Shown here: positions 59,301 to 64,000 of the stretch, in pieces
Position numbering within the stretch: the stretch's first letter is position 1
How the letters are laid out: every line of letters starts with the position of its first letter
Source: Amphiscolops sp. MND2022
Lineage: Eukaryota
Length of the DNA: 64,000 nucleotides
Assembly (NCBI GenBank): GCA_964187785.1
Contig: OZ076413.1
Location: 43,836,001 to 43,900,000 of the forward strand
Direction of reading: 5' to 3'
Program-made: the position numbers and the translations under genes
The notes under the pieces: model-generated
Databases searched by the model: none
Told to the model about the DNA's origin: nothing
Seen by the model: the letters and a program-made list of their open reading frames with translations, nothing else

Positions 59301-61530
59301 TGTAGACAAACACTATAACGAGCTGAGTCAGTGATGAAATGAAGCCCATAAACTTGGAAGTTGGAATTTCGTTCAGAGAGACTCAAAACGATAGATCTCT
59401 GAGTTTGATGAAGTTAGCTGGTCATTGACAACTTAACTGGAAAGAATTCGAGTAGGCAAGCGTATTCCGATGTGACAATAGCTGATTTGCTAGCAGAATC
59501 GTGGTGAGTTAACGAAAAAAATAACGATAAAAACTTTGATTGAACAACATTGAATATTGAGATTGCACGGTGAAATTTTGGGAAGCAAATTGATATGAAA
59601 ACTTTCTTCTGAGCCAAAAATCAATTAATTGATTGTTATCAGGTATAATGATTCTATAGACTCCAAACCCCTAGTTGATTTGTGAAAAACCCCTGGTTAC
59701 GATCCTTATGCTCATAAAGTCGTTTAACTGAGATTACTAGAGCAGTTTTTTTTATTTGATTAAATGTGATTAATTCTCACGCTTCTGTTCAAAATTCTCT
59801 AAGAGAATAAAATTCTGATCATGTGTTCAGTTATCCAGTCGACTATGTTTCGCTTATCCGGTGAGAATAATTCAAGCGCGTCAAGTTCTATTGTTCGTGT
59901 TTGCTTGAAAACATTTTCATTCTTCAACTCTAATGGCGTGTTGAACGTGTATGAGTGAAAAGAAAATTGAAACTGGTGCATTACCTTGCTTTCTGCGAAC
60001 TTTGCGCCCAGAGCTCCAACCAATCCTTGCAACAGTTGTCTTCGAATGAGTGCTAATCTGTCTGACACTTGCTTTAATGCGTCTACGTTGTCCTTCAGGT
60101 CTGAAAATGGCATACCGAATGGCATACTCAACACTATAATTGTCCAAAAATAACTTCATCGCCAGACACTCCGTCATGATGTACTAGTTAACTTTTACTT
60201 TCGCGGGTTCTATTACAACACGCCCGCTGAGCACCGGGATATTTTCACTATGAATTGTTTTAGCGACAAATGATTTTTAGGTCTTTTAGTCGGCTCATTT
60301 TAGCAGAAAATGCACACGACTATTACAGTGGCAATTTTTTGTCAGATGACAATCTCACAGTGAATGGTCCATCTTAACAATTTCCGCCACACTCCTGCGG
60401 CGGTCGTGACACAGCACGCTACATCCAAAGTAGGTTGCGTTTCACTAAGGAGTAAGCGGATGTTCGGAAGTATTTGCACTATCTCTGAATTTTTTTCACT
60501 TTTGGATGTTCTAGCAGAAAACTTAATGTTAAAAGCATGAATCTATGGAATACCCTCAGAAGCATGTTGTAATAGTTGTACCGGTAGTTGTATCTTTTAG
60601 GTCCACTTTCCACAAACTTTGTCCTTGAGTTTTGAAGGGTACCCAAGGATGCTAAAGGGTACTTATTCCCTTTGAGTTTCTTAGTTACTTATTTTCATCG
60701 AGGATCGCCTTCGATTTTAAAAAAAAGTTTTTAGTTCGGGCAATACGTTTCAAGAGCGTAAATGGTCGGTCCTCCTTCAGGCTTTTTGGCACTGTGCGAC
60801 TATTTTTCGAAAATTTTTGCTTTATTCATGTTTTCAGTTAGAGAAGCGTTTTCCGAACAAGAAAGGCACCATTTGCGTGTTTCGACACTTTTTTGTGAGT
60901 TATTCATGAAAAAAGTCCTGAGCATATTTTTAAAAAAATTTCGCTTTTTTAGTCTTGAGACGTCGCGTCTTGTTCTAACTTTCAAATATGGTAAAAGGCT
61001 GTTTTGTGAAATTTCTGAGGAATCCTAGTGCCAAAAGAGAAGACCTTTTGATAATTGAAAAAACCAACGAACATAGGGCTTAAAAATGCTTTTACTTTCC
61101 AACGAAAAACAGAAAAACCGAAGCCAAATTCCTTTTGTGAAACAAATTTTCGGTAGTCGCGCAGTGCCAAAATAAAACCAAAAGCTACTATAATAGTCGT
61201 ATTTTATTTCATAATGCGCCAACTAAAAACTGCGCGGAAACGAGGCGCCGGCTTGTTATGCCACACACTGCTTGTTTTTCATTACCTTAGTGTATATTGT
61301 TATAATCAAGACAAGTCGTGATTGTTTCGACTGTAACTAACTTTTGTCCAGAGATTCCATAGTCTGTATGCAGGATATGAGTCTTTCTGCCGCAGCAGCT
61401 ACTGTGTCTAAACTATGCCCGCCATCCACGAAAGCGGTGATCAAAATCTTCTCCTGGTCCACGGGAAAATCTGTTTTGTACTGAAACAACAAATCCAATT
61501 CATCTTCTGTCATACCATATTCCACATACC
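29333..61530 (-). CDS. EXOC1: Exocyst complex component 1 (Sec3), multi-exon, 5' end not resolved
   Basis: Phase-consistent GT-AG exons: 61342-~61530, 59985-60100, 57763-57936, 41250-41367, 40850-40936, 35911-36047, 34770-34877, 34661-34693, 34281-34375, 33286-33366, 32156-32297, 31798-31881, 31523-31673, 30680-30825, 29333-29677 (TGA). Translation follows the Sec3 C-terminal pattern: AEDSFLCDFF, SPAEVIKLENF, YVDSYVGAP, KEVETGIRALFRRVSKNL..VW..IQ..F..CY. Confidence 0.88.
31257..31370. mobile_element. Small Tc1/mariner-pogo-type MITE
   Basis: TA|CAGT...ACTG|TA ends with an imperfect TIR. Confidence 0.45.
32417..33028 (-). mobile_element. HINE-like element with three ~115-120-bp internal tandem units
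   Basis: AACAAGCCGGGACAGGCCCAAGTCGGCGCC ... GCGCCGACTAAAAA termini. GCCGAAAAA..GAAAGGGGGGACCCTTT recurs at ~32570, ~32683 and ~32806. Confidence 0.8.
34897..35359 (-). mobile_element. HINE-like element
   Basis: AACAAGACGAGAACGTCT..TCGGCGC ... CGCCAACTAAAAA termini. Confidence 0.78.
36382..36759. mobile_element. hAT-type MITE (378 bp)
   Basis: 8-bp TSD GTTCCTGT (36374-36381 and 36760-36767), imperfect TIR TAGAGGTGCACCGGA, clustered CCGGA subterminal motifs. Confidence 0.85.
40072..40419 (+). mobile_element. HINE-like element
   Basis: TTTTTAGTCGGCGCTTCATGAAGTGAAACGCGAC start (exact reverse complement of the 33028 end) and GGCGCCGACC..GCTTGTT end. Confidence 0.78.
40427..40590. mobile_element. 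Tc1/mariner-pogo-type MITE
   Basis: TA|CAGTGGATCCCGG ... CCGGGATCCACCG|TA. Confidence 0.75.
41832..45026 (-). repeat. 3' LTR of element 2 (3195 bp)
   Basis: Direct repeat of 54536-57735, plus-strand ends TGTAAGATTTT...AAAATCCTACA. Confidence 0.97.
42410..42612. repeat. Tandem array in the 3' LTR, 7 x 29-30 bp
   Basis: Unit CCGTGTATTATCAGCCCACTTAGGCT(T/C)AA(A), no spacers. Confidence 0.95.
45027..45038 (-). promoter_or_regulatory. Polypurine tract of element 2
   Basis: Minus-strand AGTGGGGGGGAA immediately before the 3' LTR TGTAGG. Confidence 0.85.
45587..47852 (-). pseudogene. env: env: class-I fusion glycoprotein, split by one frameshift near 47160
   Basis: Signal peptide MKFLVLIIIFTG, furin-type RYSR followed by the hydrophobic/Gly peptide SIVGTVAGSMIG, heptad-rich region, G.LPISLIPP..L..IL motif, Cys-rich region, TM IVLPCVVTLIVLILFALLCWAI, cytoplasmic tail. 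Confidence 0.85.
48238..49983 (-). CDS. Integrase portion of element 2 pol
   Basis: HDSPLSGGH..C zinc finger (second Cys reads F), D-D-E in ADILG/TDQG/VERFN, GPY motif WHGPYEV, acidic tail. Confidence 0.93.
   Translation of the reverse strand: MDRSTGLLFREMVRRGIRIDGTLEDLGPNPIPREVALEWSCPEALELWSNWDQLALANRVLYRKWKPSNREREIWQAVVPSTMRAEVLHQLHDSPLSGGHFAAEKTLSRIKQRFWWPGLRSSVEKYIAKCTRFAARSTAGKSRKAHLQTIEAKAPFRIVAADILGPVTLAKKSQARYILVISDLYTKYAVAVPLKDMTAKTVATTLVEEWILKFGSPDTLHTDQGTNFNSEVMKDICQVFMIDKTRTSPYHPQGNGQVERFNRVIADTISKYCAEKPQEWDLYLPHVNFVYNTTVHKTLGTTPFSMLYGREAQYPIDLFYPKPPGDPRLELGEVGAELSDKLFQVHSHAQLTMGKEQRRQKDYYQKKVHGKSFKIGDRVWLFEPHKAKSRKFHLPWHGPYEVLSQTSEVNYQICKPGCPEKRQNIHFNRLKPYLGESLPKRSERVATKTLPSYEEVADESDSSDQETENRPYHVFRPTSAGIQANRNRPHVSFHDVPRVINAESDEETTLTNCPLYIDVPVPSEESSFPVYEEINDNRNTPPPSDEEDNESECSDSLIIETTRNRRPPVRFGIDEYVVKPK
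50117..50578 (-). CDS. TARG1/OARD1 (Poa1p-like) macrodomain within pol
   Basis: Across a frameshift: VVRYRE.DFFESPDSLVLCVSADMR..FVKKY..YVYILITK..YDVLKESL..G.SKLAMPRIGC.DD.LEW..V...L..VF...TISVH, which matches the TARG1-family pattern. Confidence 0.85.
   Translation of the reverse strand, partial: GGSPLSRRFFESPDSLVLCVSADMRVATAPMKSFVKKYSHLPPLAESVNRVGGFLVYQDVEKGRYVYILITKHCKGEVAKYDVLKESLLRVKEHASSHGISKLAMPRIGCVDDELEWVNVAICLEVVFQDSYFTISVHTPRDQEQLYPSISAR
50530..51318 (-). CDS. RT connection and RNase H fragment of element 2 pol
   Basis: DTDASDTALGAVL, YATTKREAL, RTDHASL, HRPG..H.NADGLSR. Confidence 0.92.
   Translation of the reverse strand: MLPSATIIGSLSKTSRKWLGHFLLTSKGLKFTWTEEHDKAFRTLKKRLLEAPILAFPNFELPFIIDTDASDTALGAVLSQVIDGIEYPIAFESRVLTKTEVNYATTKREALGVVQAVQWFKPYIYGSKCIIRTDHASLQWLFRQNADGMTFRMVQKLQEYDYQIVHRPGDKHCNADGLSRRPNDVPQWLPGEEDALRGPIPEFTEFDSALFEAECDLRAARTKAREKLENSEDVARHLKMQISHPPREVVRYREDFSNPPIP
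51206..51865 (-). CDS. Reverse transcriptase fragment of element 2 pol
   Basis: CIDYRKLN, LDLASGYWQI, MPFGLTNAP, FLDD, YLGH. Confidence 0.95.
   Translation of the reverse strand: MCIDYRKLNDLTVKDAYLLPRIGQTIDALQGAGVFSSLDLASGYWQIPVVAEDRHKTAFCTPDGGLYECLKMPFGLTNAPPTFQRNMNDIFKEDLHKHVLIFLDDVLTFSKTPEEHLEHLEKVFIVLRKAGLRLKPKKCNLFRTEVHYLGHVINKEGIQPDPKKLAAVREWEPPTDVTGVRSFVAFCNYYRKFVQNFAEVARPLFVDEQRIKIHMDRRT
51856..52662 (-). CDS. Aspartic protease and RT N-terminus fragment of element 2 pol
   Basis: AMIDTGAS, MIGLKF, SPFSSPIVMVPK. Confidence 0.92.
   Translation of the reverse strand, partial: GATLLIPYEVESLRCWAMIDTGASRSLMNLELAKTIGNPIAPNPSRLTGPIANEMPTKGIVKAEVKIGTCVASDEFVVVEDLYPEIMIGLKFMMENQCSTDLVEQKLTIPKDDGFIIKVPMQVLSGHVPPPEDDAFVCETVPGPDTVSAASEINEKLEQEVDEILNLATPGLENAEIKEKLRDLIRDYRDVFSLPSDPLGTAVGVEHRIDIGDAKPFKISPYKIAPHKLEAVREEIREMLEKGVIVPSKSPFSSPIVMVPKTAQTECV
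53028..54428 (-). CDS. gag: Gag of element 2
   Basis: Intact 466-aa ORF 89 nt after the PBS. PEKF.G..W..W..HF...A..NGW and Q..E....Y capsid motifs, CFNCKAIGHYAKQC knuckle. Confidence 0.93.
   Translation of the reverse strand: MTMSGDDDNDQQISPATQEDPNGTHTPVTGGSKPLLSKSTKLSFVGLAATEKECKRDAYRRLKEMEKEIKRFKIEADLDSVDSMVFENESKRRQKPLYEKSPIKPEKFPGKDYNRWESWVKHFKAVAKANGWNDSQKIAAMPTCLTSWAIEEFETVPQRYIEKEPGSYPPRFDELLEILKPKMQQYRSQRATRSEFKAVKQWENEDLRDYSRRVRQLADIAFPEKSLRERERDMRDQFIEGLFDSRIQINLYEDERDRDFGETLQRAQELEIIHKTHESKRERKLDKLRYSYDEYEDPDLVRAGYSNNSQIEEKFAAIQTSLTNVANRFDRFENSICQQISKQTDQMTKHLEQSSSKQAELTTRQTETLVQSITDMSSAIVGALGSSQRPVGGQPQSWQAPRFQTPFNPSYRAPLNRAGSSGQLNVSHPPPEEAECFNCKAIGHYAKQCPSLPQSNSLNYRQPSMH
54517..54534 (-). 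promoter_or_regulatory. 18-nt primer-binding site of element 2 (tRNA-Asn-like)
   Basis: TGGCGCTCCTGGGTGGGC, 1 nt after the LTR. The plus strand GCCCACCCAGGAGCGCCA resembles animal tRNA-Asn 3' ends. Confidence 0.8.
54536..57735 (-). repeat. 5' LTR of element 2 (3200 bp)
   Basis: Direct repeat of 41832-45026, adjacent to the PBS. Confidence 0.97.
55114..55316. repeat. Tandem array in the 5' LTR, 7 x 29-30 bp
   Basis: Same array, with one A>G change in unit 2. Confidence 0.95.
60284..60974 (+). mobile_element. HINE-like element (diverged)
   Basis: TTTTAGTCGGC start, GGCACTGTGCGACT module, GCGTCTTGTT end. Confidence 0.6.
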
Positions 61531-61776
61531 CTTTATGGTGACAAATCTATACCACGTGTTTCGGTGTTCTGTGGGAAGTCTCGAGACTTGAGATGGATCC
61601 ATATGAAACAGAAAATAGGGGATCACTTTCTGGCAGCATAAATAGTCTCGAATGGGGGTTCCGGAAAATTAACTGTCAATTAACTAATTGCAATTAATTG
61701 AAATAAATTATTGCATTGGGCAGATTTTGAATATCAATTAATAGCAAAACTAGGGCACTCAGTTAATTGAGTTTGA

Positions 61777-64000
61777 AACAAGACGCCCGCTGAGCAGCGA
61801 GATATTTTCCGCCCGGAACTGTTCTATAACTACATAAATTTGAGGCTCAAGAATAACTAATGCACTATAAAAACGCTAAGAAGTTCGAAGAAAAGAAAGC
61901 TTCGATTCATCTTTGCCCAGTTTTGAAGGAAACACGTTTATTTTAGTATTTCTGCGATAGTTGGCCAGTTTTCGTATTTTCGGCACTATGCGACTTAGCG
62001 AGTGAAATGTTTCAACAATTTTCGAAAAATATTATTTTTTTGCACTTTTTAGTTTTTGAGGTTTTCTGTGAAGGAAATAAGTTTCCCGAGTCTTACGGGT
62101 GACCTCTTTGTTACTTTTAATCATGTGGAACTGATGAGGTTTCTTATTGACTGTTGAAAATCAACCTCTTCCCGAAATTTTCATTTGGTCGAAGCGTACC
62201 CCCTTGATTTCATAGCTGATTTCGGCATTAAAAAAGGTAGTTTGTGAGCTGAAACTTGTTCCGCCTTCATAGGATTTTACCGAAAAAAAATCAAAAATAA
62301 GGCGTTCTGAAAATCCTGTTGGGAAAAAAGTGGTTTCCGAGTATCAGGAGCTTTATTGGGATTATTTTTGGCACTGAGAAAATGGTATAAGCTTGAAACT
62401 GGGTGGTCATTTGCAAGTTTAAGAAACTTGAGCGTTCCCAGGTTGATATATTTTTGCACATAGTTCCACCAAAAAAGTCAAAAACTGTAAATATTTCCGA
62501 CAACTTCGGGATCAATTTAAGGAACTTTTCTAACATGAATCTACAGATGTCTCTTCACAAATAGCCCTACTGGACACCGAGTTTATTTGTTGTTTAAGGC
62601 CTACACCCTTCTAACCCACGATATAGCTTGAAACATTTTCCTTTGGAAGGTGTTCTCCATGTCTAGTGTTTTTGCTTGGAGCTTACTCAAAAATTGAATA
62701 CTTGACAAATATGGTCGAAGTGCACGTTTTCAAGTATAGTTTTTGAAAGTTGAGCGAATAAACTTGTCTGACATCTTTTTGAAACACCACCGGTAGCTAA
62801 ACGTTTCAATCCTGAGCCATGAGTTTTCTGATTGAAGTAAGATTTCGGAAAGGGTCTAAAATTGGGACTATGTTGTCGAAAATTGAAAATTGGAACTTCT
62901 GACACTTTTGTTGTAAACTCGACTAACTTCATCCTTCGTTTTCCCCAAATTGCGTTGTGAATACCCTTTTGTTTCAACGCTCGGGTCAATGGAAGTTCTA
63001 TTCCACAAAAATGTTCATGGTTTGAACAAAAATTAAAAATAATTTGTCGAAAAAACGTGCGTTTTTGTTGTTGAATGGACTTTGGGGTGCTTTGAGACCA
63101 ATTCCAACCAAAAACAAAAAATGCAATTATACCTTCAAAATAGCCTACTGGATACCAGGATTAGTCCTTGTTGACATTGTTGAATTCTTAAAACTTTTTT
63201 ATGCAGCTCAATAATTGTACAAAAACTGCCTATTAATGTAAAAACATGAAAATTCTCTTTTTGCATCATTTGGGTCTTTCTGAGGAAACTCTCTGGCACA
63301 AAAGATGGATATTTATCTTTAAAAACGTACTGTGGAACTGATATCATCTAGAGCTATGCAAAGCTTTTATTTTCCATTTTTCCAATCTCAACAAAATTCA
63401 CTGAAACTCGGAAATCAGCAAAACTGACTCTTTCGACTTTTTGCGGTCAGTTTTAGCCGTTTTTCAACCGAAGTCTGCAAATAATTCTCTAAGGGCCGAC
63501 TGAATTAAGCGTTCAATCTTTGTTGAACGTTTGCCATCGTTCTGAATCCAAAACGCTTCAAAATGTAGACATAGGCTGCTTAAAAACGATGTTGAAAGCA
63601 AAAAAATGTTGGTGTTTTTGAAGCAAAACGATGCAACGTTCTCTTCAAAAAATGTATTGCATAACTCGTTCTTTCGTTGTTGAGCGTCATGGAACTAGTA
63701 ACGAAGACTCTCGGGAATTGTACGGAAATTGCATCAAAAACGACAAAAACTTCGAATTTTTCGGCTATTTCAAGGTCAATTTTAAGCATTTTTGATTCAG
63801 AAATTGATCTTATCTGTTGTCGAAAGCATACAGAGACAACATTTTTTTCATTGATTAGGGGTTTTAACATTCTAGTTCACAAAGTCTGTCGATAGTGTGA
63901 CAATAATTGAACAAAAACGATGAAAATTGTAAAATTTTGAGATTTTTGTCAATTTCGGTGTCAAGTTGAGACATTTTCAATCGAAAAACTGAAACTATCT
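61777..64000 (-). mobile_element. ~2.7-kb non-coding Helentron-associated-like element, copy 2 (runs off the window)
   Basis: Reverse complement is colinear with ~20719-22955. Terminal AACAAGACGCCCGCTGAGCAGCG. Confidence 0.75.

Overview
Repeat-rich eukaryotic (animal-type) genomic DNA, with no prokaryotic operons or CRISPR. One host gene is recognisable: the 3' part of a divergent exocyst subunit EXOC1/Sec3 on the minus strand. It has at least 15 GT-AG exons with consistent phases from ~61.5 kb to the stop at 29333, and its 5' exons are not resolved. The main feature is a complete 15.9-kb Ty3/Gypsy endogenous-retrovirus-like element (41832-57735, minus strand, GCTAG target-site duplication) lying in sense orientation in an EXOC1 intron. 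It has 3.2-kb near-identical LTRs, each carrying a 7x29-30-bp array and a 108-codon ORF. Its internal region contains a tRNA-Asn-like PBS, gag, pol with a TARG1/OARD1-like macrodomain between RNase H and integrase, and a class-I (baculovirus F/errantivirus-like) env. This copy carries several disabling mutations. The rest of the window holds a second Gypsy element (1-4894), decayed Gypsy, Copia, hAT and CR1/L2 fragments, an internally deleted hAT that keeps an intact ORF, several MITEs, and many Helentron-associated (HINE/DINE-1-like) non-autonomous elements. All family assignments come from motif recognition by eye, not from database searches.
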